Below are positions 17,163 through 26,868 of a stretch of 64,000 nt of DNA, in pieces. This DNA is from Candidatus Woesearchaeota archaeon (GTDB lineage Archaea; Nanobdellota; Nanobdellia; Pacearchaeales; GW2011-AR1), in assembly GCA_964576755.1 (NCBI GenBank), contig CAZNUV010000001.1:40883-104882 (forward strand), read 5' to 3'. The translations under genes were made by a program, and so were the position numbers. Within the stretch, counting starts at the first letter, position 1. Each line of letters opens with the position of its first letter. The notes under the pieces are model-generated. The model saw only the letters and a program-made list of their open reading frames with translations, did not search any database and was not told the origin of the DNA.

Positions 17163-18635
17163 TTATTTAATGATAAAAATTTTATTTAATGATAAAAATT
17201 TTAATCCTGACCGTAATTTTTCCGGGCTTTCAGAATAAAGTGTAATTAGTTTTTCAGATTTTTTAACGGGTCCAAGATGTCTATGTAAATAAACTCCAGA
17301 ACTTTTTGATTCAGGAGTTCCGAGAATTCTACATAGCCTATTAATCTGACGATTATTTATCTGAACAATTTTTCCATTTCTTTTTACCCTTATTAATCTT
17401 GAAAACTCTCCTACTTTTAATAATTTTACCCTCTTTTCAAAATCATTAGAATTATTTTGCATGTTTATAATCTGTTTAAATTTTTCAAACGCTTTTCCAG
17501 AAGAAAGTATATCTCTAGCGATTTTTTTAGAATTTTTAATACCACAAAGGGACATAAGTTCTGCAGATAATAAGAGAGATTTTTCTTTTAAATCCTCTGG
17601 ACCCCTGCCTTGTAAAACTTCTAAAATATCTAACATTTCTAAAACCGGACCAATTCCATTTCCAATTGGTTGAGAACCGTCAGTTAATATTGTTTTAAGT
17701 TTTATTTTAAAATTTTTTGCAACCCTATAAAAATGATTAGATAATTCTTTTGCTTTCTTTTTTGTTTTAATTTTAGCATACGTTCCATAAGGGATATCTA
17801 TTAACAAATGTGTAGCCCCTGCTGCGATTTTTTTAGACATTATCGAAGGTATCATCTGAGACTCAATATTTAAATTTAATAGCCTTTGTACTTCGATTAT
17901 TTTATCATCTGAAGGAGATATTCCTAAACTTCCACTCCAACTTAAACATGCCCCAGTCTTATTTACTATTTTTTTTAAGTCAACTAATGAAAACTCTATA
18001 TCTGCAATTGTTTCAATCACATCTGCTGTTCCTGATGCAGAAGTTATTGCTCTTGAAGAAGTTTTTGGAAGGTATAATCCTGCTGAAGCACATATAGATA
18101 CAAGAATTGGAGTTGTCCTATTCCCTGCTAGACCCCCAATACAATGTTTATCTGCAATAATCTTTTTATTAAACTTTAGGATTTTTCCATTTTCTACCAT
18201 TACTTTAGTCATATTTATTGTTTCTTTCAAGGACATTCCCCGCATTTTTGTAGCAGCAATAAAATATGCAATTTCTGCTTCTGTTAAATTGTTTTGTACA
18301 ATCTCAGATACTATTGTGTTTAATTCTTCTTTAGAAAGTTCTTTTCCTGAAAGTTTCTTCTTTATCAACATTGTAGTTTTAGTAAAATCGGCAAGACTTA
18401 CACTGATATATGATTTATTTTTTGCTTTTATAAAATCAGTAACTTCCTTAGAAAGCCCAATCTCATTATTTTTAACCATCTTTGGAAAGATATCTACAAT
18501 AGCATTAATAGATTTAGAATTTCTTATTTCAACCTTTTCATCAACGTGTACATGAAGTTTTTTTGCAGTTTCCTCATTTAAAAAAACTACTGGTCTTCCT
18601 GCTGACCAATTAAAATTTTTTACTTTAAGTTTCAT
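17163..18635 (-). CDS. deoA: AMP phosphorylase / thymidine phosphorylase family (archaeal DeoA-like)
   Basis: DKHCIGGLAGNRTTPILVSICASAGLYLPKTSSRAITSASGTADV is the pyrimidine-nucleoside phosphorylase family signature. About 490 aa with the N-terminal extension typical of archaeal AMPpase. Confidence 0.8.
   Translation of the reverse strand: MKLKVKNFNWSAGRPVVFLNEETAKKLHVHVDEKVEIRNSKSINAIVDIFPKMVKNNEIGLSKEVTDFIKAKNKSYISVSLADFTKTTMLIKKKLSGKELSKEELNTIVSEIVQNNLTEAEIAYFIAATKMRGMSLKETINMTKVMVENGKILKFNKKIIADKHCIGGLAGNRTTPILVSICASAGLYLPKTSSRAITSASGTADVIETIADIEFSLVDLKKIVNKTGACLSWSGSLGISPSDDKIIEVQRLLNLNIESQMIPSIMSKKIAAGATHLLIDIPYGTYAKIKTKKKAKELSNHFYRVAKNFKIKLKTILTDGSQPIGNGIGPVLEMLDILEVLQGRGPEDLKEKSLLLSAELMSLCGIKNSKKIARDILSSGKAFEKFKQIINMQNNSNDFEKRVKLLKVGEFSRLIRVKRNGKIVQINNRQINRLCRILGTPESKSSGVYLHRHLGPVKKSEKLITLYSESPEKLRSGLKFLSLNKIFIIK
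17165..17202. repeat. 19-nt perfect tandem duplication (atttaatgataaaaatttt x2) overlapping the 3' end of the AMP phosphorylase CDS
   Basis: Direct read of the sequence. The period is 19 nt (not a multiple of 3). The second copy supplies the stop codon in frame. Confidence 0.8.
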
Positions 18636-18640
18636 CTCTT

Positions 18641-19657
18641 TTATATTTTTTTAGATTTATATATTTCTATTAACAGGATTAAATAAGATATTATCAAGGG
18701 CCCTAAAATTAATCCTAAAAAACCAAATACAAGTAATCCCCCAATCATACTAACTAAAATTACTGCTTGATTTATATTTGTTTTTTTACTTACAATTATC
18801 TGTCTAATTATTGTATCAATCCAAGAAACAATTACAGAACCGTAGATTAGTAATCCTATTGCTGCAAAAGGTCTTCCACTGATAAATAAGAAAATGCTTA
18901 CTGGAACCCAGATTAACCATGGGCCAATAACTGGTAACACCCCTAAAATAGTTGAAAAGATAGTCAAAACTAATGCATTTGGAACTCCAAAGATGAATAA
19001 TCCAACTCCAGCAGATAATCCTTGGAAAATTCCCCCAATAACCTGGCCATTAATAACTGAATAAGTTATATCGCTAAATCTCTTAAAAATCTTTTCTCCA
19101 GTCTCTTTTGTCCAAGGAAAAAGTTCCTTAGCATATTCCACATATTTATCCCCCTCTTTTAATCCAAAAAAGAATAAAAACAAAATAATAAAAACATGCA
19201 ATAAAATAACTGCAAAATTTAATAAAAGATTTGTAAACGAGTTTAATATTCCTGATGCTGCCCTAGAAACCATAGTATCAAATGCAACAGAGACTGTTTG
19301 AGTAAAATCTGCTGAAGAAAATATCGATGGGAAAAATTCTTGTAAGGCTGGGGCAAGCTCTACTCTCTGAAGAGAAGTATACATTTCAAACCCTTGTCTA
19401 ATAACCAGGGGGGTAAAAAACCAGATAGGTAAAATTATTATAATGATAAAAAAAGTACATATAATGAGTGCAGCCAAGTTTTTTGAACGAACCCATTTAA
19501 AAAGAATCTTATAAACTGGGTAAAAGATAAATGCTAAAATTAATCCAAAAATAGAAGAAAGTAAAATGGGTTTTAGAATTATAAAAGATAGAATCATCAA
19601 GATTGCTACAATGAGGATATTAGCAATTGTTCTAAAATGTTTCTCGTCAACTAACAT
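18641..19657 (-). CDS. AI-2E family transporter (PerM/UPF0118) membrane protein
   Basis: 338 aa, about 8 TM helices. Conserved central GQ.IGG..QG...G...F..G..NAL.L..F...L...P.IGP region. Confidence 0.65.
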   Translation of the reverse strand: MLVDEKHFRTIANILIVAILMILSFIILKPILLSSIFGLILAFIFYPVYKILFKWVRSKNLAALIICTFFIIIIILPIWFFTPLVIRQGFEMYTSLQRVELAPALQEFFPSIFSSADFTQTVSVAFDTMVSRAASGILNSFTNLLLNFAVILLHVFIILFLFFFGLKEGDKYVEYAKELFPWTKETGEKIFKRFSDITYSVINGQVIGGIFQGLSAGVGLFIFGVPNALVLTIFSTILGVLPVIGPWLIWVPVSIFLFISGRPFAAIGLLIYGSVIVSWIDTIIRQIIVSKKTNINQAVILVSMIGGLLVFGFLGLILGPLIISYLILLIEIYKSKKI

Positions 19658-19767
19658 AAATTATTCAAGCTAATCTTATTTATAAGGTTTATGAAGAGTT
19701 CAAATGAAATATAATATAAAATTAATTACCTCAAAAACTTTATAAACTGAAGAGTAATTTTTTACTT

Positions 19768-20472
19768 ATGATTATTAAAAAAGTTTTTAGAGGGATAAGC
19801 GATGATTCTGTCCATTCTGATTTTCTGAAATTTAGTCGAGGGGAATTTAAAGATAAATATCTAATCCAAGCAAAAAAACAATCAACCCAATGGATTATCA
19901 AATCTGGCTCAGAATATGCAAATTTCTTAGTTAAGAAAGGGTTAGAAAAAGTAAATGGAAAAATTTCTATGAAAGGAATTCTTGTTTCTACATTTGATTT
20001 AACTAAAGAGATTGGTTTTGAGATACAAAAGACTAAAAATTTTATGGGCATCAGGCAAATAGTCATTGATACAGAAGTAGAACCAAAACAGATTTTAGAT
20101 TTTATGGAAAAGTACCCTAGAGTTTTTTTTGCCTTAACATTTTCTATACCAGGTTATGATTTAAAGGTCAAAGCAAAAGCTCCTAAATCTGCAAAACCTT
20201 CTACAAAAAAAGATCAGGAAATAAAGATAGATTTTTGTTCACTTAAAACTACAGATTCAAATATTGTAAAAGAATTATTTTTTGATTTTCCAGAATTTAA
20301 AGAGATTAGAATTAGTCACACAATAAAAATTGATAATATAATCTATCCTAAAGATTTGAAAAACATGAAACCAGAAGAGATTAGAGAAAAAAGCAAGCGT
20401 GTAGGAATTGTAATTAGGAATATTGATATTGATGGGCAAAAAAAAGTATCTGAAGCAAAGTTCGAGGCATAA
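19768..20472 (+). CDS. hypothetical protein
   Basis: 234-aa ORF with native-like composition. The antisense ORF 19740-20066 has junk-like F/L/S-rich composition. Confidence 0.5.
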   Translation: MIIKKVFRGISDDSVHSDFLKFSRGEFKDKYLIQAKKQSTQWIIKSGSEYANFLVKKGLEKVNGKISMKGILVSTFDLTKEIGFEIQKTKNFMGIRQIVIDTEVEPKQILDFMEKYPRVFFALTFSIPGYDLKVKAKAPKSAKPSTKKDQEIKIDFCSLKTTDSNIVKELFFDFPEFKEIRISHTIKIDNIIYPKDLKNMKPEEIREKSKRVGIVIRNIDIDGQKKVSEAKFEA

Positions 20473-20700
20473 TCATTAAAGAATTCTAAAGCAAAAGCCT
20501 TAAAAACCCCAAAAAACTCTAAATTTTAGGTTATAGTAGAAGCTTAAAACTTAAATGTTTAGGCTAATTAATTTTGACTTGGTTGAGTCAGATACAATAG
20601 CAAACTGCTAATTTGCTTGAATATCGATTGAGAACTAGTGTAAACTAGAGTAGTCTAGCTTACAAAATAATTTTCAAGATAAAAAAACAAAAAGTAAAAA

Positions 20701-21666
20701 ATGACAGACCATAGAATAAGAAGCGGAAGTTTACAGTTTTGGCCTAGAAAAAGGGCTAAAAAGATTTTACCTAGTGTTAACTGGAATGCTGTAAAAAGTG
20801 AAAGTAAAATTAATGGGTTTATAGGATATAAGGTTGGGATGATTTCTGTTTATGCAAAAGATAACACTGCAGATTCAATGACTAAAAATAAAAAAATTAT
20901 AATTCCCACAACAATATTAGAGTGTCCAAAAATGAAAATATATTCTGTTAGATTATACAAAAATAATAAGGTTTTGCAAGATGTAATAGTAGGATTTGAT
21001 AAAGAACTTAAAAGGAAATTAAAAAAACCAAAACAGATTAAAGATATCACAAAAGAATTAGAAAAAATAAAACAAGAATATGATGATATCAGAGTTATTG
21101 TCCATTCTGATGTAAAATCTACTGCAATAAAGAAAACTCCAGACTTAATTGAACTAGGATTGGGTGGAAGTAGAGAAGATAAACTAAGTTTTATTAAAGA
21201 AAAAATAGGTAAAGAAATTTCTATTTCTGAAGTTTTTAATAAAACTGATGGGGAAAACATTACTATAGATGTAAGGGGTGTAACAAAAGGGTTTGGAACT
21301 CAAGGACCTGTTAAAAGATTTGGGATTACATTAAAGTCATATAAATCTGAAAAAGGAAGGCGAAGACCTGGAAGTATTGGTCCTTGGCATCCTGCAAGAG
21401 TTACCTTTAGAGTTCCAATGGCGGGTCAAACAGGATTTCATACTCGTGTAGAGTATAATAAACAAATTCTAAAGGTAGGAAATGTAAAAGAAAATGATAT
21501 AAATCGAGAGCAAGGATTTCATAGATTTGGGAAGATTAAAACAGACTATATATTAATAAGGGGCTCTGTTCCTGGACCAAATAAAAGAGTATTACTTCTA
21601 ACTCCGGCAATTAGACCTACAAAAAAACAAACTAAACAAAAATATGAGGTTTTGGAATTAAGGTAA
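20701..21666 (+). CDS. rpl3: 50S ribosomal protein L3
   Basis: GYKVGMISVY...PGSIGPWHPARV is the L3 signature. Confidence 0.9.
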   Translation: MTDHRIRSGSLQFWPRKRAKKILPSVNWNAVKSESKINGFIGYKVGMISVYAKDNTADSMTKNKKIIIPTTILECPKMKIYSVRLYKNNKVLQDVIVGFDKELKRKLKKPKQIKDITKELEKIKQEYDDIRVIVHSDVKSTAIKKTPDLIELGLGGSREDKLSFIKEKIGKEISISEVFNKTDGENITIDVRGVTKGFGTQGPVKRFGITLKSYKSEKGRRRPGSIGPWHPARVTFRVPMAGQTGFHTRVEYNKQILKVGNVKENDINREQGFHRFGKIKTDYILIRGSVPGPNKRVLLLTPAIRPTKKQTKQKYEVLELR

Positions 21667-21670
21667 AAAA

Positions 21671-22465
21671 ATGAAAACAAAATTACTTGATAAAACTGGA
21701 AAGCTAAAAAAAGAATTAGATTTACCAAAAAACTTTTCTGTAAAAATTAGACCAGATATTCTTTTAAAAGTTTTTGAAGCTAAAAAACTTGAAAAAATGC
21801 AACCACAAGGTTCAAAACCTGGGTCTGGTGCAGGTTATTCTGCTTCAGGAATCATAAGACATAGAAGGCATGTTTGGAAAACAGGATATGGCAAAGGGAT
21901 ATCAAGAGTACCTAGAAAAATTATGTCTCGAAGTGGTTCAAGTTTCAATTGGGTAGGAGCTACTGTTGCTTCAACAGTTGGTGGAAGAAAAGCACATTCG
22001 CCTAAATCTCTTAAAAATTTAACGAGAAAAATCAATAAAAAAGAATTTTTAATTGCATTCAATTCAGCTTTGTCTGGAACTATTGATGAAAAAGCAATAG
22101 AAAAAAAATATAATAAAAAAATTGAATCTGGATTGGTATTTGACTCGGCTATACTAGATGTAAAGACTAAAGATTTTATAATAACAATGAAAATTTTATT
22201 TAAAGATAATTTTAATAAGATTATTAAAACAAAATCTATAAGGGCGGGACGTGGAAAATTACGTGGTAGAAAATATAAATCAAATGCTGGACTATTATTT
22301 GTTATTTCTAGTGAAGAAAAAATGAAAAGATCTGGAATAGATGTTGTAAAAGTTAAGGAATTAGATATAACTAATTTGGCACCGAATGGTGTTGCTGGAA
22401 GAATTACTTGTTATACTGAAAGGGCAATTGAAGAAATTGAAAAAGTTTTTGGGAGGAAAAATTAA
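21671..22465 (+). CDS. rpl4: 50S ribosomal protein L4
   Basis: HRRHVWKTGYGKGISRVPRK. Conserved operon position. Confidence 0.9.
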   Translation: MKTKLLDKTGKLKKELDLPKNFSVKIRPDILLKVFEAKKLEKMQPQGSKPGSGAGYSASGIIRHRRHVWKTGYGKGISRVPRKIMSRSGSSFNWVGATVASTVGGRKAHSPKSLKNLTRKINKKEFLIAFNSALSGTIDEKAIEKKYNKKIESGLVFDSAILDVKTKDFIITMKILFKDNFNKIIKTKSIRAGRGKLRGRKYKSNAGLLFVISSEEKMKRSGIDVVKVKELDITNLAPNGVAGRITCYTERAIEEIEKVFGRKN

Positions 22466-22471
22466 AATAAA

Positions 22472-22714
22472 ATGTTACAAAAAATAAAAGCTACAGAAAA
22501 AATAGTAAAAATGATTGAAATTGATAATCTTCTTGTTTTTGAACTAGATAGACAATTTTCAAAGGTGATGATTAAAAAAGAAGTTGAAGATTTATTTAAT
22601 GTAAAGGTTAAAAGTATTAGAACTCTAACGAGAAAAAATAAGAAAATAGCCTATATAAAACTAAAACCAGAATATCAAGCAATTGATATTGCAACAAAAT
22701 TAGGAGTAATGTAA
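22472..22714 (+). CDS. rpl23: 50S ribosomal protein L23
   Basis: 80 aa. L23 fold pattern (LVFELDRQFSKVMIKKEVEDLFNVKV). Operon position. Confidence 0.85.
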   Translation: MLQKIKATEKIVKMIEIDNLLVFELDRQFSKVMIKKEVEDLFNVKVKSIRTLTRKNKKIAYIKLKPEYQAIDIATKLGVM

Positions 22715-22727
22715 TAACTAAAATAAA

Positions 22728-23429
22728 ATGGGTAAACGAATAATTCAACAAGCAAGAGGGCATGGAAGCCATACTTATAGAGTTAAAAGAAAGGCATTTT
22801 CAGTAAAACCAAAATACCCTGGAAATCTTGATGGAGAATGGGAAATAGTTAAACTATTTGCTTCTGCAGGCCATAGTTCTCCTATTGCAAAATTAAAGAA
22901 AATTAAATCAACTGAAGTCTTCTATAATATAGCTGCAGAAAAAATATATGAGGGTCAAATAATCAAAATAGATGGACATAATACAGGAGATATTTCAAGA
23001 ATTGGTGACTTAAAAAATAATACATTTGTATTTAATATTGAAAGTAGACCAAAAGATGGAGGGAAATTAGTAAGAAGTGGAGGAAACTTTGGAACAATTG
23101 TCGGGAAAAAGGGAGAGACTGTTATTGTTAAAATGCCTTCAAAACAAGAAAAACACTTCCATTCACAATGTAGGGCAACAGTTGGTACAACTGCAGGAGA
23201 TGGAAGGTTAGATAAACCAATATTAAAAGCAGGAAAACAATATCATATTAAAAAAGCAAAATCTAAACTATGGCCAAGAACTTCTGCAGTAGCAATGAAT
23301 GCAATTGATCATCCATTTGGATCTGGTAGAGGTAAGAGAATCAAAAGTAAGATTGCAAAGAGAAATGCGCCAGCAGGAAGAAAGGTAGGTTTACTAAGGC
23401 CTAGAAGAACTGGAAGGAGGAAAAAGTAA
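22728..23429 (+). CDS. rpl2: 50S ribosomal protein L2
   Basis: GRGHGSHTYRV...GGKLVRSGGNFGTIVGK...HPFGSGRGK. Confidence 0.9.
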   Translation: MGKRIIQQARGHGSHTYRVKRKAFSVKPKYPGNLDGEWEIVKLFASAGHSSPIAKLKKIKSTEVFYNIAAEKIYEGQIIKIDGHNTGDISRIGDLKNNTFVFNIESRPKDGGKLVRSGGNFGTIVGKKGETVIVKMPSKQEKHFHSQCRATVGTTAGDGRLDKPILKAGKQYHIKKAKSKLWPRTSAVAMNAIDHPFGSGRGKRIKSKIAKRNAPAGRKVGLLRPRRTGRRKK

Positions 23430-23431
23430 AA

Positions 23432-23836
23432 ATGGTAAATATTGCAGTTGGTGGAAGAGAAAAATTATTCCGAGGTAAAAACATAGAAGAATTAAAACAA
23501 ATGGACGTTAGAGAATTTGCAAAATTGTTAAAATCAAGACAAAGAAGAACAATTATGAGAAATTTCCATGTTATTGAAGATTTTATTCAGAGAACAAAAA
23601 AGAAAATAGAAAAAAATAAACCAATTAAAACACATAAAAGAAGTCTGATTATTGTTCCAAAATTAGTTGGTTTGACAATTGGAGTTTATAATGGAAAAGA
23701 ATTCGTACAAGTTAAAATTGGAGAGGAAATGTTAGGCCATAGATTAGGAGAGTTTTCATTAACAAGAAGAACGGTTAAACATGGGGCGGCAGGTGTTGGA
23801 GCTACTAGATCAAGTGCAGCACTTTCTGTTAAATAA
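23432..23836 (+). CDS. rps19: 30S ribosomal protein S19
   Basis: HKRSLIIVPKLVGLTIGVYNGKEFVQVKI...GHRLGEFSLTR. Confidence 0.9.
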   Translation: MVNIAVGGREKLFRGKNIEELKQMDVREFAKLLKSRQRRTIMRNFHVIEDFIQRTKKKIEKNKPIKTHKRSLIIVPKLVGLTIGVYNGKEFVQVKIGEEMLGHRLGEFSLTRRTVKHGAAGVGATRSSAALSVK

Positions 23837-23838
23837 AA

Positions 23839-24375
23839 ATGGTAGAAGATAACAAAAAATCAATTGAAAAAGAAATGGTAGAAGAAGAAAAGGTAGACGT
23901 TAAAATGAAAGAAGAAAAAATAAAGCCAGTAGAAGAAAAAAAATCAGTAAAAAAGGATATCCAACCAAAAGAAAAAGCGGTTGTTAGAGGAATGTCTTTA
24001 CATATCAGTTCAAAAAACAGTTTTGCAATCTGTAAATCATTAAAAGGGAAAACTCCAGATAGGGCCCTTGAGTTTTTAGAAAAGGTATTAAGGAAAAAAG
24101 CTGCAATCCCTATGCCGAAAAGAGAAGTGGCTCACCGGCCTGGAAAGGGAATGGCCGGAGGAAAATATCCTATCAATGCTGTAAGAGAGATAGTGGTGCT
24201 ATTAAACCAACTTAAAGCTAATGCTAATGTAAACCAAATAGAAAATCCAATTATAACAATTGCCAAAGCAGATAAGGCTTCTAGACCAATGAAAAGGGGT
24301 GGAAGACAAGCAAAAAGAACTCATGTTTACATAGAAGTCCAAGATAGAAATAAAATAAACAAAAAGAAGAAATAA
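23839..24375 (+). CDS. rpl22: 50S ribosomal protein L22 with K/E-rich N-terminal extension
   Basis: VRGMSLHISSKNSFAICKSLKGK...HRPGKGMAGGKYPINA. Confidence 0.85.
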   Translation: MVEDNKKSIEKEMVEEEKVDVKMKEEKIKPVEEKKSVKKDIQPKEKAVVRGMSLHISSKNSFAICKSLKGKTPDRALEFLEKVLRKKAAIPMPKREVAHRPGKGMAGGKYPINAVREIVVLLNQLKANANVNQIENPIITIAKADKASRPMKRGGRQAKRTHVYIEVQDRNKINKKKK

Positions 24376-24376
24376 T

Positions 24377-25060
24377 ATGGAAGAAAGAAAATTTATAAAA
24401 GTTAGAAAAGAAGAATTTGCTGTAAAAGAATTTGTTAAAAAAACATTTGGAAAAGGGAAAGTTAGTAGTATAAAAATTGAATATACCCCTGTTGGTGAAA
24501 AAATTGTTGTTGCAACACATAAGCCGGGATTAATTATTGGGCGTGCAGGTGAAAGTATTTCACGACTAACTGAAGTTTTAAAAAAGAAATTTAAAATGGA
24601 AAATCCTCATATAGATATCGAAGAGATTAGGAAACAAGAATTTGATTCTCAATTAGTTGCAGATCAAATCGCATTATCTTTACAAAGATTTGGGGCATTA
24701 AAATTCAAGGCAATTGGTTATAAAATGCTAACAAGAATTAAAGACGCAGGGGCATTGGGCTGTGAACTTAAACTTTCAGGAAAACTTCCAAGTGATAGGG
24801 CAAAATCTTGGAGATTTGCATATGGTTATCTCAAAAAAACTGGAGATGCTGCAAAGGTTGTAAGTAGATCTGAATCTGTTGCAGAAACAAAACAAGGAGT
24901 TATAGGAATAAAAGTTTCAATATTATCTCCAGATGCAAAACTCCACGATAAGATAACCATAAACAAAGAACTCTATGATGAAATAAAAAGAAATGCAAAC
25001 TTTGAAATCACAGAGAAAGAAGAAAAGAAAGAATTAAAACCAAAAAGGAATAAAAGATAA
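24377..25060 (+). CDS. rps3: 30S ribosomal protein S3
   Basis: KH domain LIIGRAGESISRL. S3 C-domain. Confidence 0.9.
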   Translation: MEERKFIKVRKEEFAVKEFVKKTFGKGKVSSIKIEYTPVGEKIVVATHKPGLIIGRAGESISRLTEVLKKKFKMENPHIDIEEIRKQEFDSQLVADQIALSLQRFGALKFKAIGYKMLTRIKDAGALGCELKLSGKLPSDRAKSWRFAYGYLKKTGDAAKVVSRSESVAETKQGVIGIKVSILSPDAKLHDKITINKELYDEIKRNANFEITEKEEKKELKPKRNKR

Positions 25061-25062
25061 AA

Positions 25063-25224
25063 ATGGCTGATAAAAAAAACATTAACCCAAATGAAGTAGA
25101 AGGAAAATTAAAAGACTTAAAAATAGAATTATTAAAGCAACCTACAAAAAGGAAACAAATTAAAAGGGAAATTGCACGTTTATTAACATTCAAAAATAAA
25201 TCAAAGGAGAATAATAAGAAATAA
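25063..25224 (+). CDS. rpl29: 50S ribosomal protein L29
   Basis: Hand translation: MADKKNINPNEVEGKLKDLKIELLKQPTKRKQIKREIARLLTFKNKSKENNKK. Operon position between S3 and SUI1. Its stop overlaps the next start (TAATG). Not in the ORF track. Confidence 0.7.
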   Translation: MADKKNINPNEVEGKLKDLKIELLKQPTKRKQIKREIARLLTFKNKSKENNKK

Positions 25225-25520
25225 TGGATATATGCCCAAATTGTGGATTACCTTTACAGGCTTGTGTTTGTAAGGAAATTGCAAAAAGTGATCAAACAAT
25301 AACTGTGACTACTGAAAAAAGAAAGTTTGGTAAAATACAGACAATTGTTACAGGATTAAAGGATGTCGATATCAAAGAAATTGCGAAAAAACTTAAATCA
25401 GAACTTGCATGCGGAGGAACAATAAAGGGTAAGACAATAGAATTGCAAGGGAATCATAAGGGCAAAATAAAACCTATTCTTAAAGAAGAAGGGTTTGATG
25501 AATCACAAATAAAAGAATAA
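25224..25520 (+). CDS. sui1: translation initiation factor SUI1 (aIF1) with N-terminal zinc knuckle
   Basis: CPNCGLPLQACVC...ACGGTIKGKTIELQGNHKGKI. Confidence 0.85.
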   Translation: MDICPNCGLPLQACVCKEIAKSDQTITVTTEKRKFGKIQTIVTGLKDVDIKEIAKKLKSELACGGTIKGKTIELQGNHKGKIKPILKEEGFDESQIKE

Positions 25521-25532
25521 TAATTAAAAAAA

Positions 25533-25940
25533 ATGGTAAAAAAAGATCAAAAAAAATCAGTAGGAAAAGAACAAATAAAAAAACCTAGCAAAGATACTAT
25601 AAAGTTGAATGAATGTAAGGACGCTCTTTGTCCAGTCCATGGAACTAAACCTTTAAAGTTAAGGGGGAGAATATTTGAAGGCCATGTAATAAAAAAACTC
25701 CATGGGAGAGTTTCAATACAATTTGAAAGATCATTATATATTCCTAAATATGAACGATATGAAAAGAGAAGAACAAAACTTCATGCAAGACTACCAGATT
25801 GTTTGAAAGATGAACTCCAGGTAGGAGATTTAATTCAAATAGCAGAATGCAGACCATTAAGTAAAATTATTCATTTTGTTGTTGTAAAAAAAGTGAAAAA
25901 TAAAAAAGAATTAAAAGAAGAAGGAGAACTTAAAAAATGA
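25533..25940 (+). CDS. rps17: 30S ribosomal protein S17
   Basis: GHVIKKLHGRVSIQFERSLYIPKYERYEKRRTKLHA...VGDLIQIAECRPLSK. Confidence 0.85.
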   Translation: MVKKDQKKSVGKEQIKKPSKDTIKLNECKDALCPVHGTKPLKLRGRIFEGHVIKKLHGRVSIQFERSLYIPKYERYEKRRTKLHARLPDCLKDELQVGDLIQIAECRPLSKIIHFVVVKKVKNKKELKEEGELKK

Positions 25941-26338
25941 AAGCAATTAGTGCAAAAGCAACAAGGGGATTAAATATTGGAAGTATAATGGATGCTTGTG
26001 ATAATAGCGGTGCAAGAATTGTTAAAATAGTCTCTGTAAAAAGAGCTGGTTCAAAAAAAGGAAGACAAAATCCTGCAAAAATATCAGATTGGGTAAAAGT
26101 TTCAGTAAGAAAGGGGGATCCTAAAATGAAAGGGGAAGTATTTGATGCAGTAATAGTTCGACAAAAAAAACCTTGGAGAAGAAAAACTGGGGAGAGAGTA
26201 TGCTTTACAACAAATGCTGTAGCATTGTTGAAAGATGAAAAAGGAAATCCAAAAGGCACCCAAATTAAAGGTGCAGTTGCAAGAGAAGTTCAAGAGAGAT
26301 GGAAAGAAGTTGCTAAAATCGCTACGAGTGTATATTAA
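25937..26338 (+). CDS. rpl14: 50S ribosomal protein L14
   Basis: GLNIGSIMDACDNSGARIVKIVSV. Confidence 0.9.
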   Translation: MKAISAKATRGLNIGSIMDACDNSGARIVKIVSVKRAGSKKGRQNPAKISDWVKVSVRKGDPKMKGEVFDAVIVRQKKPWRRKTGERVCFTTNAVALLKDEKGNPKGTQIKGAVAREVQERWKEVAKIATSVY

Positions 26339-26346
26339 AAAATAAA

Positions 26347-26868
26347 ATGGTAAAACAAAAATTTTCAAAAAAATGGAAGGCAAGTAAACAGCCACGTAAA
26401 CAGAGAAAGTACATTTACAATGCCCCATTACACATAAGAAGAAACTTCTTAGCCTCAACACTATCTAAAGAACTTAGGGGAAAATATGGTATGAGGAATA
26501 TTGAAATAAGAAAAAATGATGAAGTAAAAATCATGCGAGGAAAATATAAGAAAAAACAGGGAAAAGTAAATAATGTTAATGCAAAAAATTTAAAAGTTGC
26601 TATTGAAGGGATACAAAGAACTAAAAAAGATGGAACAAAAATAAACGTTTGGTTTAATCCTTCAAATTTAAGGATTATTGTATTAAACACTGATGATAAG
26701 AAAAGATTCAAAAGAGTCAATAAAGAAACTAAACCCACTGTTCCTTCAAGTATAACTAAGATAGCAGATACAAAAATGAATAAAAAAGAAGAAATAAAAA
26801 ATACTAATAAAAAACCTATGAAAAAATCTGGAAATAAAAAAGGAGAAAAGAAAGATGTACAGAAATAG
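26347..26868 (+). CDS. rpl24: 50S ribosomal protein L24 with basic C-terminal extension
   Basis: KOW: IRKNDEVKIMRGKYKKKQGKV. About 60-aa K-rich tail. Confidence 0.85.
   Translation: MVKQKFSKKWKASKQPRKQRKYIYNAPLHIRRNFLASTLSKELRGKYGMRNIEIRKNDEVKIMRGKYKKKQGKVNNVNAKNLKVAIEGIQRTKKDGTKINVWFNPSNLRIIVLNTDDKKRFKRVNKETKPTVPSSITKIADTKMNKKEEIKNTNKKPMKKSGNKKGEKKDVQK

Noticed and set aside
19740-20066. 108-aa - strand ORF overlapping 19768-20472
   Set aside because: F/L/S-rich junk-like composition. The + strand 234-aa ORF has native-like composition and is preferred.
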